From: Minisyncoccota bacterium
GTDB taxonomy: Bacteria > Patescibacteriota > Minisyncoccia > Phycocordibacterales > UBA9973
Direction of reading: 5' to 3'
Assembly (NCBI GenBank): GCA_028718635.1
Contig: JAQULK010000001.1
Coordinates: 88,626-152,625 of the forward strand
DNA length: 64,000 nt
Shown: positions 38,685 to 48,376 of the stretch, one piece after another
How positions within the stretch are numbered: the first letter of the stretch is position 1
How the letters are laid out: each line of letters starts with the position of its first letter
Notes under the pieces: generated by a model
What the model was told of the DNA's origin: nothing
Databases searched by the model: none
What the model saw: only the letters and a program-made list of their open reading frames with translations
Program-made: the position numbers and the translations under genes

Positions 38685-40712
38685 ATGATAGTAAAAAAAT
38701 TTATCTCCGCTCTTTTAATTATTTTAATAGTTACACCGGCTGTTTTATTTTCTAGACCAAAAAAAGCAGATGCTATTGCTTGTGTTCCCGCAGACATTAC
38801 TGCAGTTGTAGGGACTGTAACTAGTGTGCCAGTTAATAGTACTATAGCTAATGCATATCTTGGTGATATTTGCGTATCTACAACCACAATGGCTCCATCA
38901 ACTCTAACTAATACTGCAACTACTGTAAAAGGGTGGTTACAATTAATAGCAGAACAAGCGCTTAGAGCAGTCGAAAGAAAACTCTTAGCACAAATGACTC
39001 AAGCCACCATAAATTGGATAAACTCTGATTTTCATGGACAGCCACTTTTCTTAACAAATCCTGGCTCTTTCTTTAACGACATAGCAAAATCAGAATTAAA
39101 AAATATAGTAAATAGGTACGGCTATGATCTCCGGATGTTTCCTTTTGGCAAACAGTTTGCTTTAAATGCAATAAATAGTTATAAAAGACAACTCGACGAC
39201 AATATGGGATACACTTTGAGCAAAGTGATGAATTCTGCGCAACAAGACAACTTTAGAAATAATTTCAATGTCGGCGGATGGAATGGGTTTTTAATAAATA
39301 CGCAATACCCCCAAAATAATTATTTGGGATTTCAAATGCTTGCAACCGATGAACTCGCTCGCCAACTTCAAGGCACCACCCAAAATGCTGCCCAGAAAGT
39401 ACAAACTGCTCTACAACAAGGCATGGGTTTTCTTTCTCCACAAACTTGTCCGTCTAACCCTAGTTACAACAATGGTGTAAATGAATTCCAAAAACCAAGT
39501 TTTGATTCATCGTCAGTGACATATAATTGCCCTGATGGTTGTGGCGTATCAGGAGCATTCCCGGAAGGAATGGAAATGATATGTAGTTCCTGCAATAGTA
39601 ACTATGAACAAGCCCTTGCCTCAGCCAAAGCAAAATGGGCAAAGACAAATACTTGTCCAGGCGGTTTAGTAAACACTACCCCGGGTTCTGTAGCGGCCAA
39701 TCAAATATTTGAAGCGTTGAATGTTCCAATAAAAGAAAAAACACTCACTGCGGCAATAGGGAAAGATGTAATGGATAGTATGGCTGCTATTATTGACGCT
39801 CTCTTAGGTCATTTTATAGATAAAGGCTTAAGTGCATTATCTGATACCATCAGCGGTACTCCTCCGCAAGATAACTGGAGCTATAATGGGGTCACTTTGG
39901 GAGGTGGAGAAAGTGGAGGAGGTGGCACAGCTGGAACTTTGAATATCCCCCAAAATGTTTCAGTTACTGTCGGACAAACAACCAGTACGACAATATCAGG
40001 CGGCTCAGGAACTTATAACGTTCAACCCCAATCAAGCACATCCTTGGCGATAGCGGTCGCTACGATTGACATTTCTGGTTCTCTTCCAAAACTCACAATA
40101 ACAGCAGGTACTACTCCGGGGACAACAACAATTGTTGTTCAAGATTCATCTAGCCCAGCTAAAACTGTCACTGTCACTATCACGGTAAGCGCTGCCGGAG
40201 CCATAGTGGTTACCCCGGCAAATATTTCGACCACGGTAGGCGGAGGAGGACAAGTCATCGCCACTATCTCTGGCGGAACAGAACCTTACTCTATTCAAAC
40301 AGGCCCCAATGAAACAATTGCGGTGGCTATTCTCTCTGGCACAAATTTAATCGTATCTAGTCTCACAACGAGTGGCACTACTTTTGTAGACATAAAAGAT
40401 TCTTCAAGCCCAGCTAAAACTGTTCGTGTCAATATAATAGTTAGCCCTACTAATTTGACCATCACTCCAGCAAGCATTTCAGTCAAAGTCGGCGAAGTAA
40501 ATAGCAATATGTCTATCTCAGGTGGCACACCACCCTACGTCATCACAAATCAACAAAATGTAACTATAGCAAACGCTGAAATTCTACCCACCACCCCTAC
40601 CACCCTCACCGTCACCGGCCGAGCATTAGGAGAAAGCACAGTAACAGTAACGATCAAAGATTCCTCAAATCCGGCAAAAACCGGCACCGCAAATATCGTA
40701 GTCACCCCGTAG
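38685..40712 (+). CDS. secreted surface protein with C-terminal Ig-like Ser/Thr repeats
   Basis: signal peptide, three ISGG..PY...DSS.PAKT repeats; start uncertain (ORF from 38613). Confidence 0.8.
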   Translation: MIVKKFISALLIILIVTPAVLFSRPKKADAIACVPADITAVVGTVTSVPVNSTIANAYLGDICVSTTTMAPSTLTNTATTVKGWLQLIAEQALRAVERKLLAQMTQATINWINSDFHGQPLFLTNPGSFFNDIAKSELKNIVNRYGYDLRMFPFGKQFALNAINSYKRQLDDNMGYTLSKVMNSAQQDNFRNNFNVGGWNGFLINTQYPQNNYLGFQMLATDELARQLQGTTQNAAQKVQTALQQGMGFLSPQTCPSNPSYNNGVNEFQKPSFDSSSVTYNCPDGCGVSGAFPEGMEMICSSCNSNYEQALASAKAKWAKTNTCPGGLVNTTPGSVAANQIFEALNVPIKEKTLTAAIGKDVMDSMAAIIDALLGHFIDKGLSALSDTISGTPPQDNWSYNGVTLGGGESGGGGTAGTLNIPQNVSVTVGQTTSTTISGGSGTYNVQPQSSTSLAIAVATIDISGSLPKLTITAGTTPGTTTIVVQDSSSPAKTVTVTITVSAAGAIVVTPANISTTVGGGGQVIATISGGTEPYSIQTGPNETIAVAILSGTNLIVSSLTTSGTTFVDIKDSSSPAKTVRVNIIVSPTNLTITPASISVKVGEVNSNMSISGGTPPYVITNQQNVTIANAEILPTTPTTLTVTGRALGESTVTVTIKDSSNPAKTGTANIVVTP

Positions 40713-40780
40713 GGAATTTTATAAAATTTCTGTGTTACGTTGCAGAATGAATTTTGCGCGACCAGTGTTATAATTAAGAA

Positions 40781-40916
40781 TGTTTATAAAAGGGGGAGCG
40801 GAATGCGTATCGCACTACGAACATTCTGCGGTCTGGGTAACAGCAAAAAAATAGTGTGCGTGAGGACTGACCCATTAAGGACTAAACAGATTTATCTGCT
40901 TCCCCTTTTGCAAACA
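40781..40916 (+). ncRNA. candidate structured RNA or leader upstream of the NYN gene
   Basis: closing stem aaaagggggagcgga/tctgcttcccctttt with G-U pairs; TGTTATAAT upstream. Confidence 0.5.
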
Positions 40917-40925
40917 CCAATAATT

Positions 40926-41435
40926 ATGAAAAAAAATTCTACAGCTTACATAGATGCTTCTAATCTGAAGTTTGGAGTTCAGCAAAGCAGTTGGGAGTTG
41001 GATTACAAAGCTTTTAGATCTTGGCTTCGTGATAAATTTGGTGTTTCTAAGGCCATACTTTTTATGGGACTTATTCCTTCAAATTTTGAACTTTACAACT
41101 ATCTTCAAAGTATTGGTTATGATATTGTTTTCAAGCCAACAATTACAAATAAGGATGGCAAGACAAAAGGTAATGTAGATGGAGAATTAATTTTGCGTAT
41201 TGCGAAAGACTTTTATGAAAATGATCTGAATAGTGTTGTGTTAGTGGCTGGCGATGGTGATTATCACTGTATTGTTGAATTTCTGAAGGAAAAAAAAGTT
41301 TCTACCTGTATTGTTTCTCCAAATAAAAAATATTTATCTTTTTTGTTAAAACGCATTAATGTGCCAATTATTATTTTAGATGATTTTATTGAAAAATTAA
41401 AGATTAAAACGAAAAAGCCCCCGAATATGCCGTAA
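40926..41435 (+). CDS. NYN domain nuclease
   Basis: AYIDASN, KGNVDGEL, GDGDY; start MKKNST at 40926. Confidence 0.9.
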   Translation: MKKNSTAYIDASNLKFGVQQSSWELDYKAFRSWLRDKFGVSKAILFMGLIPSNFELYNYLQSIGYDIVFKPTITNKDGKTKGNVDGELILRIAKDFYENDLNSVVLVAGDGDYHCIVEFLKEKKVSTCIVSPNKKYLSFLLKRINVPIIILDDFIEKLKIKTKKPPNMP

Positions 41436-41569
41436 CATATCAAGGGTCTTTTTCTTATTTATGAATATATTGTATCAAAAAGAAAATGTAAATGTCAATA
41501 GGAATGAAAAATTGCGATAAAAGAATAAAATTAATGCTAAAATAAAAGGAGTTAAAAAAGTTTATAAAG

Positions 41570-43789
41570 ATGCCTAGAAAAATTAAAAAAATAATCCCTT
41601 ACTTTCTCATACTACTTTTTTTTGTAGTTGTGGGAATTTTTAGTCCGATGGTAAAAGTGCATGCATCTGCGGCAGATCCTAACGAGGCTTGTACTAAAAA
41701 TGCAGATGGAAATTTTAATAATCTTCCTTGTAAGACAACGGTAATTAATGACGCAACTAATGAAACGGTAACAACATACTTTGGCGAGGATGGAAAAATA
41801 ATACCTGGTGCTGCTACTGTCACACCTCCAAAACCTGTAGAAAAATCAGAGTTTGAAAACTGGGCAAAAGAAGAATCTTGTGGAATCATAGGTAGCAGTT
41901 CTGTTGCTGGATGCACAAAAGCACTTTTTTATTATATTGTATATACTCCATCTTCTGTTTTTCTTACCATAGCAGCAAAATTCTTTAACGCTTTAATAAA
42001 AATAGCTTTGGACAGTGAAATGATCTCTGGTTCTACTTTTATTTCTACTGCATGGGGAGTCGTCCGTGACCTTTCAAACATCTTCTTCATCCTTATTTTA
42101 CTTTATATAGCTATCAAATTAATTTTAGGACTAGGAGGATCCGAAGTTAAAAAAATGATAGCAAATGTCATAATAATGGCTCTCCTCATAAACTTTTCTA
42201 TGTTTTTTACGAAAGTGATTATTGATACTTCCAACATCTTAGCTTTAATTTTTTACAACAAACTTGATGTTACCTATAAAGATCCAAACACCGGACAGCC
42301 AGCAACTAGACCCGATACCCCAACAACACCTGGAGAAAAAGAAATCTCAGGTGCTATGTATGGTTCTTTTGACGTAACTACAAAATTAAATAATTCAGTT
42401 TTTTGGGAAGATGTTAGAGGAGGAACAGATCATGTCCCTGTAGGAACAATGATTGGCATTATTTGCATTGCCGCTGGCATTATGCTTTTTGCGGCTTATG
42501 CTTTTTTTGTGTCTGGAGTAGCTTTTGTGGCCCGACTAATTGAACTATGGATTTTAATAATCTTTTCTCCTTTCGCTTTTATGTCTTTCACGGTGCCAAA
42601 ACTAGCTGGTACTGATTACATAGGATGGGATGGTTGGTTTAAGCGTTTATTGAAGGTGTCTTTTATGGCACCGATTTTTATGTTCTTTATATATTTAATA
42701 TTTTTATTATTAGAACCCCCAGGATTATTCGGCAATATAACAGCGCAAGCAAAAGCAAGTCAAACATGGGTACAAACTCTTCTGTTTACTCTTATCCCAG
42801 CAATGGTGATTATGGTTCTTCTTCTAAGAGCAACCAAGTATGCCAAAGAAGGCTCGGGAGCAATAGGAGAAATGGTCTTCAAGGGTGCAAAGATTGTGGG
42901 TGGTTTGGCTTTGGGAGGCGCAATAGGTGGAGCAGCGTTTGCTGGCAGAAATGTTATTGGTGGAGGTGGAGGATATCTTGCTAATAAGGCTGCGTCAGGA
43001 ATGAATAAACTTGGAGGTAAATTAGAAAACAAATATGGAAGAAGCTTTGGAATTAACAAGGTTGCTAGCGGACTAACAAGTGTTGGCACACGTGCACAAA
43101 AGGGTAGTTTTGATTTGCGTGGAATCCCTGGAGCAAGTAAAGCTATAGGAATGGCTGGACTAACTGCGGGTGTTGGTATTGGTAGCACCCTTGTTGGTAG
43201 TAGTAAAATAAAGACAGGAGGAATTGCACAGACACGAAAAGAAAAAGTGGAAAAGAGAATGAAGAGGGCGGATATGCTAAAGGTTAGAGAAGATGAAGGA
43301 TTGAAACAGAAATTAAATAAATCAGAAATTGACTTACAAACAATGTTGAATAAGGTTGCAAAAGATTTTGAAAAAATAGATAAAGGATTAGAAGGACAAA
43401 GACAAGCAAAAAATGACGCCGCAAAAGATTCAATAGAAGAAAAGAGTGCAATCGCAAATATCGCAGAACTTAAGGCACAAAAAGCAGCTCTAGTAACAGG
43501 AGCATTGCATACTGGTCAAATGTTAAAACCTGACGGAAGCGTCGAAAAAACCACTAGCGTTGACGGCTCGATCCTAAAGGTATCATCTGGTGACAATGTT
43601 GGAAAAACTATAAAACAACTACAAACTGAAGTAATTCCAGATCAAAAAAATGCGATACTCACAGAAAGCAGAAGGAGAACAACTGCCTTTGCTAACAGAA
43701 AGGGTAGTTGGGGACCATTAAGTAGCACGGCTAATAAAGAGGCAAGATATAAAATAATTATGGAATCAAAAATAGAAAGTAAAGCTTAA
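41570..43789 (+). CDS. VirB6/TrbL-like polytopic membrane protein
   Basis: W...RDLSN.FF, ALLINFS.F...IID.SN, multiple TMs, Gly-rich then coiled-coil tail. Confidence 0.75.
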   Translation: MPRKIKKIIPYFLILLFFVVVGIFSPMVKVHASAADPNEACTKNADGNFNNLPCKTTVINDATNETVTTYFGEDGKIIPGAATVTPPKPVEKSEFENWAKEESCGIIGSSSVAGCTKALFYYIVYTPSSVFLTIAAKFFNALIKIALDSEMISGSTFISTAWGVVRDLSNIFFILILLYIAIKLILGLGGSEVKKMIANVIIMALLINFSMFFTKVIIDTSNILALIFYNKLDVTYKDPNTGQPATRPDTPTTPGEKEISGAMYGSFDVTTKLNNSVFWEDVRGGTDHVPVGTMIGIICIAAGIMLFAAYAFFVSGVAFVARLIELWILIIFSPFAFMSFTVPKLAGTDYIGWDGWFKRLLKVSFMAPIFMFFIYLIFLLLEPPGLFGNITAQAKASQTWVQTLLFTLIPAMVIMVLLLRATKYAKEGSGAIGEMVFKGAKIVGGLALGGAIGGAAFAGRNVIGGGGGYLANKAASGMNKLGGKLENKYGRSFGINKVASGLTSVGTRAQKGSFDLRGIPGASKAIGMAGLTAGVGIGSTLVGSSKIKTGGIAQTRKEKVEKRMKRADMLKVREDEGLKQKLNKSEIDLQTMLNKVAKDFEKIDKGLEGQRQAKNDAAKDSIEEKSAIANIAELKAQKAALVTGALHTGQMLKPDGSVEKTTSVDGSILKVSSGDNVGKTIKQLQTEVIPDQKNAILTESRRRTTAFANRKGSWGPLSSTANKEARYKIIMESKIESKA

Positions 43790-43803
43790 GTAATTTAGAA
43801 AAA

Positions 43804-44346
43804 ATGACTGAAAAATCAAAAAAATTAATACAAGAGGAAATGTTGAATCTGCCAAAAGAAGCGCAAGATGCCATCAATGCTTCAAATTGGGAAAAACAAT
43901 CTGAAGAAATTGGAAAAAAATACTTACTGAATGAGGATGAAATTTATACTTTTCAACTAGAAACAGCTTGTTTTTTACTTGGTCTTATTGATGAAGATCA
44001 ATACCAAAAAAATATCGAAGATGGCATAGGCACCAGTAAAGCTGAAGCAGAAAAAATATCTGAAGAAGTAATACAGAAAATACTTATTCCTATCAATGAT
44101 CTTTTTGTAAAAAATATTAAAAAAAGCGATAAGGTAAAAAACGCAACGGCTGAGCAAAATCTTAATTTTATTTTATCCGGCGGGGATTATACGGCGTTTT
44201 TGGATGTTCCTCCTCTCGTTGATAAGGAGGGGAATGAGGGGAGGTTCTTAACTAATTCAAATTCACCTCACCCCGACCCTCTCCTTAGTAAGGAGAGGGG
44301 GAATACTGAAGAAACAGTCTTACCAGCCTTTTTTATTAAAAAATAA
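43804..44346 (+). CDS. hypothetical protein (paralog of the next gene) with family B insertion
   Basis: LPKEAQDAINA..W resembles LPEETRNAINA..Y; insert 44207-44301. Confidence 0.75.
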   Translation: MTEKSKKLIQEEMLNLPKEAQDAINASNWEKQSEEIGKKYLLNEDEIYTFQLETACFLLGLIDEDQYQKNIEDGIGTSKAEAEKISEEVIQKILIPINDLFVKNIKKSDKVKNATAEQNLNFILSGGDYTAFLDVPPLVDKEGNEGRFLTNSNSPHPDPLLSKERGNTEETVLPAFFIKK

Positions 44347-44363
44347 TATATTAGAATAATTTT

Positions 44364-44957
44364 ATGGATAATAATACAGACAACACAACAGATTTATTAC
44401 AAATAAAAATTGACGAGGCAAAAGCGCAATTGCCGGAAGAAACCCGAAACGCGATCAATGCTGTTGACTATAAAGCGGTTATCTTGGAAATGAGAAAAAC
44501 AAAAGGTTACACTTTTGAACAACTGGGAGACTTGGAGACCGAAACAGAATTATTACTTTCTGGACTGACAAGTCCAGAGAATTATTCAAAAGAGCTAGAA
44601 AATAGAATGCATCTCTCAAAAGTTGAGGTCAATGAATTGATAAAAGAAATGAATGACCGCGTTTTTGCAAAAATAAAAGAAAACTTGATAAAAAGCAGTG
44701 AAGGAAAAAATGATATGAAAATATTAAATTCCGCGGGCATTGAAATAATATCCACCCCGTCTAGCAAGCTAGGCACCCCTCAAGAGGGGAATAACACTCC
44801 TCCGATTTTGGCGCAGAAATTATCCGGTTCTTTTCAAGTTCCCGTAGTGAAAACAGAACATTCTTTAGAGAATATTACCAAGACAATTGCGCCCACTCCG
44901 ATAAATGCCATTCCAAGCAAACCAGCCGTAGATCCATACCGAGAGATCCCTGAGTAA
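44364..44957 (+). CDS. hypothetical protein ending DPYREIPE
   Basis: 197-aa ORF in the T4SS-like operon; palindromic insert 44752-44791. Confidence 0.75.
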   Translation: MDNNTDNTTDLLQIKIDEAKAQLPEETRNAINAVDYKAVILEMRKTKGYTFEQLGDLETETELLLSGLTSPENYSKELENRMHLSKVEVNELIKEMNDRVFAKIKENLIKSSEGKNDMKILNSAGIEIISTPSSKLGTPQEGNNTPPILAQKLSGSFQVPVVKTEHSLENITKTIAPTPINAIPSKPAVDPYREIPE

Positions 44958-44980
44958 AAAATTCTTAATGGATATGCAAT

Positions 44981-45256
44981 CCCGTTAGAGATCACTTATG
45001 TTTTATTACACATATATTTTAAAAAGTAAGAAGGACGGTAAAATTTACACTGGATATACGCAAGACCTACGGAAGCGCCTGAATCAGCATAATAAAGGTT
45101 TATCTACATATACGAAAGGACGAGGCCCATTTATTTTGATATACTATGAAGGGTGTCTATTAGAAAGTAAAGCGAAGTCGAGAGAATTATTTTTAAAATC
45201 GGGAATGGGCAAGCGTTATCTAAAAAATAGATTAGGCGCTTCCTATCTCTAACGGG
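44981..45256 (+). mobile_element. family A full-length element carrying a GIY-YIG gene
   Basis: ATGCAAT-cccgttagagat...atctctaacggg-ATGCAAT. Confidence 0.9.
44998..45252 (+). CDS. small GIY-YIG nuclease
   Basis: YYTYILKS...IYTGYTQDLRKRLNQHN.G...A.SRE.FLKSG.G. Confidence 0.93.
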   Translation: MFYYTYILKSKKDGKIYTGYTQDLRKRLNQHNKGLSTYTKGRGPFILIYYEGCLLESKAKSRELFLKSGMGKRYLKNRLGASYL

Positions 45257-45721
45257 ATGCAATTCAAAGTTCCACAATTTTTAGACATTGAAGATAAAAT
45301 ATTCGGCCCTTTTACTTTTAGGGAATTTGTTTATTTAGCCGGCGGGGCAGGCTTGTGTTTTATTCTTTATAAATTGCTGGGTCTTATTTTAGGAATAATA
45401 CCCATTTTAGCTGTCGCGGGATTTTCGCTCGCTCTTACTTTTTACAAACCAAATAATAAACCATTTATTAATATAATAGAATCAGGTTTTAAGTATTTTA
45501 CCCAAAATAAACTTTATATTTGGAAGAAAAAAGCAAATAAAACCACCTCTTCCCCCGCCTTCTCCAAAGGAGAAGGAGCCCTCTCCTTCGGGGAGGGTTT
45601 GGGAGGGGTAAACAAAATTCAAATGATGCATCCAGGCAGTTCCCCGTTGAGTGGGAGCAAGTTACGAGACTTGGCTTGGAGTTTAGATGTGCTGGACTTG
45701 AGTAAGCAACAATCCCGTTAG
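45257..45721 (+). CDS. PrgI family (VirB3-like) protein
   Basis: MQFKVPQFLDIEDKIFGPFT, two TMs; family B insert 45544-45609. Confidence 0.88.
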   Translation: MQFKVPQFLDIEDKIFGPFTFREFVYLAGGAGLCFILYKLLGLILGIIPILAVAGFSLALTFYKPNNKPFINIIESGFKYFTQNKLYIWKKKANKTTSSPAFSKGEGALSFGEGLGGVNKIQMMHPGSSPLSGSKLRDLAWSLDVLDLSKQQSR

Positions 45722-45831
45722 AAGCCGCGGTCGCAGTTTAAAAAATATAAATATGTTAAATAGAAAAATAAAAATTAATAGAATAACAAAGCATAATCAC
45801 GGTCTGTTGACCGCGACCTGCTTCTAACGGG
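45714..45831 (+). mobile_element. family A element with internal 24-aa mini-ORF (45753-45827)
   Basis: cccgttagaagccgcggtcgc...ccgcgacctgcttctaacggg-ATG; left end supplies the PrgI TAG. Confidence 0.88.
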
Positions 45832-46470
45832 ATGGCCTTAAACGCAAAAGCAACTCAAGAATTTGTCCCGATCAAGGAAGTCCGCGATGGAATCGTTGTA
45901 TTAAAAAACGACGAACTGCGAGCTATTGTCCTAGCCAATTCTGTCAACTTAGCCTTAAAATCTTCCGACGAACAACAGGCAACAATAATGCAATTCCAAA
46001 ATTTTCTTAACACTTTGGATTTTTCTGTGCAAATATCGATTCAATCAAGAAGACTGGACATTAGACCGTATCTTTTGCTTTTGGAAAACAGAATCAAGGT
46101 GCAAAATGAGCCTCTTTTAAAATTACAAACCAAAGAATATATAGACTTCATCAGAAATTTTACTGACTCAGTGGCAATAATGACCAAAAACTTTTTTGTA
46201 GTAGTGCCTTACACTCACACTGCCTTAAAATCAGACTCTGGAATCTTGGATAAAATATTTTCTAGAAAAAATAAAGAAGAAATAAAAGCTGCCAAACAAA
46301 TAGCCTTTGAAGAAAAAAGATCCCAATTGGAAGAAAGAGTGGCGGTCATTCAGCAAGGACTCTCTAGTTGCGGTATAAATTCAGCGCAGCTCGGCACCGA
46401 AGAAGTAGTGGAAGTATTTTATAAGGTTTTCAATCCGGGAGAGATAGAAGGGAAGATTAAAGTAGAATAG
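45832..46470 (+). CDS. TraC-like / VirB4 N-terminal-like protein
   Basis: TQEFVPIKEVRDG, NLALKS.DEQ, FLNTLDF.VQI. Confidence 0.75.
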   Translation: MALNAKATQEFVPIKEVRDGIVVLKNDELRAIVLANSVNLALKSSDEQQATIMQFQNFLNTLDFSVQISIQSRRLDIRPYLLLLENRIKVQNEPLLKLQTKEYIDFIRNFTDSVAIMTKNFFVVVPYTHTALKSDSGILDKIFSRKNKEEIKAAKQIAFEEKRSQLEERVAVIQQGLSSCGINSAQLGTEEVVEVFYKVFNPGEIEGKIKVE

Positions 46471-46475
46471 CATCG

Positions 46476-46508
46476 AGCGCCTTAGGCTCTCTGAGAGCCT
46501 AAGGCGCT
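46476..46508. repeat. perfect 16-bp hairpin before virB4
   Basis: agcgccttaggctctc-t-gagagcctaaggcgct, no U-tract. Confidence 0.75.
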
Positions 46509-46509
46509 A

Positions 46510-48369
46510 ATGCAAAATAAAATGAGTATCTTAGAAAACATTAAAAAATTATTTGGAAAAGAAAAAAGAGACGATAATGAAGAAACACAAGCTTCTGTTT
46601 TGGCCGTCTTGCCGGAAAAGATCTATGAGTCTGCCAATCTTGAACTTCAAGATGTCATAGCGCCGTCAGCCTTAAAAATTGACCCGAAATCCATAAATTT
46701 AGGAAACAAAATCGCCCGTACTTTTTTTATAATATCTTATCCGAGATATTTAACAGATAATTGGTTTTCTCCGATAATCAATTTGGATAAAATTTTTGAT
46801 ATTTCAATATTCATCCACCCCATAGACACTTCTCTCATGTTGCGGCAATTCCAGAAAAAAGTGGCTGAAGTTCAAAGCCAGATAAGCGTCCGAGAAGCAA
46901 AAGGGATGGTACGCGACCCGATGCTGGACACTGCTTATGAAGATTTGGAAGGGCTTCGCAATAATCTGATCCAAGCGCAAGAAAAGATGTTCGATGTGGG
47001 AGTTTACATTACGATTTATGCAGATAATGAATTAGAGCTATTTAAAATTGAAAATGAAATAAAATCAATGCTCGAATCGAAGCTCATATACATCAAGCCG
47101 GCGCTTTTCCAGCAAGAAGAGGGTTTTAAAAGCGTTATTCCAATAGAAACAGACTTATTGAACATCCATCAAAAATTAAACTCTGAGCCTCTTTCTAGTG
47201 TTTTTCCATTTATTTCCTCTGATCTTACTTCCGACAAAGGAATACTTTACGGTATCAACAGAAATAACTCGTCCCTCGTTATTTTCGACCGGTTCAGCTT
47301 AGAGAATTATAACTCCGTGACCTTTGCTAAATCAGGTTCTGGAAAATCTTATGCGGCAAAATTAGAAATTTTAAGATCATTAATGTTTGACACTGATGTC
47401 ATCGTAATAGATCCAGAAAGAGAGTACGAATTTTTAGCTGAAACTGTCGGCGGACGCTATTTTAATATTTCACTTTCCTCAGATCACCATTTAAATCCCT
47501 TTGATTTGCCAATACCTCGTGAAGATGAAACAGTGGAGGATGTATTGCGTTCAAATATTATAAACTTAGTGGGGCTTTTCAGGCTGATGCTAGGCGGACT
47601 CACCCCGGAAGAAGATTCAATGGTGGACCGAGCTATTTCAGAAACTTATGCTATGAAAGACATCACCCCGGAATCAGATTTTTCAAACATCGAACCTCCT
47701 CTTCTTTCAGATTTCGAAATGGTGCTCTCTGGGATGGAAGGAAGCGATTCGGTCATCGCCAGACTGGCAAAATACACCCGAGGCTCTTGGTCAACCTTCT
47801 TAAATAGACCGTCTAATGTAGATATCAACAAAAAATTCGTGGTTTTTTCTGTCCGTGATATGGAAGACGAATTAAAACCGGTAGCCATGTATATCATAAT
47901 GCATTACATTTGGAATGCGATAAGAAAGAATCTTAAAAAAAGACTTCTCGTAGTGGACGAAGCCTGGTGGATGATGAAATCTGAAGATACGGCTTCATTT
48001 CTTTATTCAATCGCAAAAAGAGGCAGAAAATATTATTTAGGTCTTTCCACTATTACCCAAGACGCAGCTGACTTTATGAAATCTCCATATGGCGTACCAA
48101 TAATCACCAACTCTTCCATTCAACTTCTCTTGAAACAATCGCCTACCACTATTGATATTCTGCAAAAAACCTTCAACCTCACTGATGAGGAAAAATATTT
48201 GCTTCTAGAATCCGGACTAGGGGAGGGTATATTTTTCGCAGGATTAAAGCACGTCGCTATAAAAATAGTTTCTTCTTATACTGAGGACCAGATCATTACC
48301 TCTGATCCTTCGCAAATATTATTAAACAAAAAAGCCAGAGAGGAGCAGGAGGCGAAGGATATGGTATAA
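46510..48369 (+). CDS. VirB4-like ATPase
   Basis: AKSGSGKS, VIDPEREY, VVDEAW, KRGRKY, TITQ. Confidence 0.92.
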   Translation: MQNKMSILENIKKLFGKEKRDDNEETQASVLAVLPEKIYESANLELQDVIAPSALKIDPKSINLGNKIARTFFIISYPRYLTDNWFSPIINLDKIFDISIFIHPIDTSLMLRQFQKKVAEVQSQISVREAKGMVRDPMLDTAYEDLEGLRNNLIQAQEKMFDVGVYITIYADNELELFKIENEIKSMLESKLIYIKPALFQQEEGFKSVIPIETDLLNIHQKLNSEPLSSVFPFISSDLTSDKGILYGINRNNSSLVIFDRFSLENYNSVTFAKSGSGKSYAAKLEILRSLMFDTDVIVIDPEREYEFLAETVGGRYFNISLSSDHHLNPFDLPIPREDETVEDVLRSNIINLVGLFRLMLGGLTPEEDSMVDRAISETYAMKDITPESDFSNIEPPLLSDFEMVLSGMEGSDSVIARLAKYTRGSWSTFLNRPSNVDINKKFVVFSVRDMEDELKPVAMYIIMHYIWNAIRKNLKKRLLVVDEAWWMMKSEDTASFLYSIAKRGRKYYLGLSTITQDAADFMKSPYGVPIITNSSIQLLLKQSPTTIDILQKTFNLTDEEKYLLLESGLGEGIFFAGLKHVAIKIVSSYTEDQIITSDPSQILLNKKAREEQEAKDMV

Positions 48370-48376
48370 TAAAACT

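Noticed and set aside
44981-45256. GIY-YIG ORF as an intron-encoded homing endonuclease or UvrC fragment
   Set aside because: No flanking intron structure and no extra DNA-binding or UvrC domains; it is a complete stand-alone ORF bounded by TIRs and a duplication.
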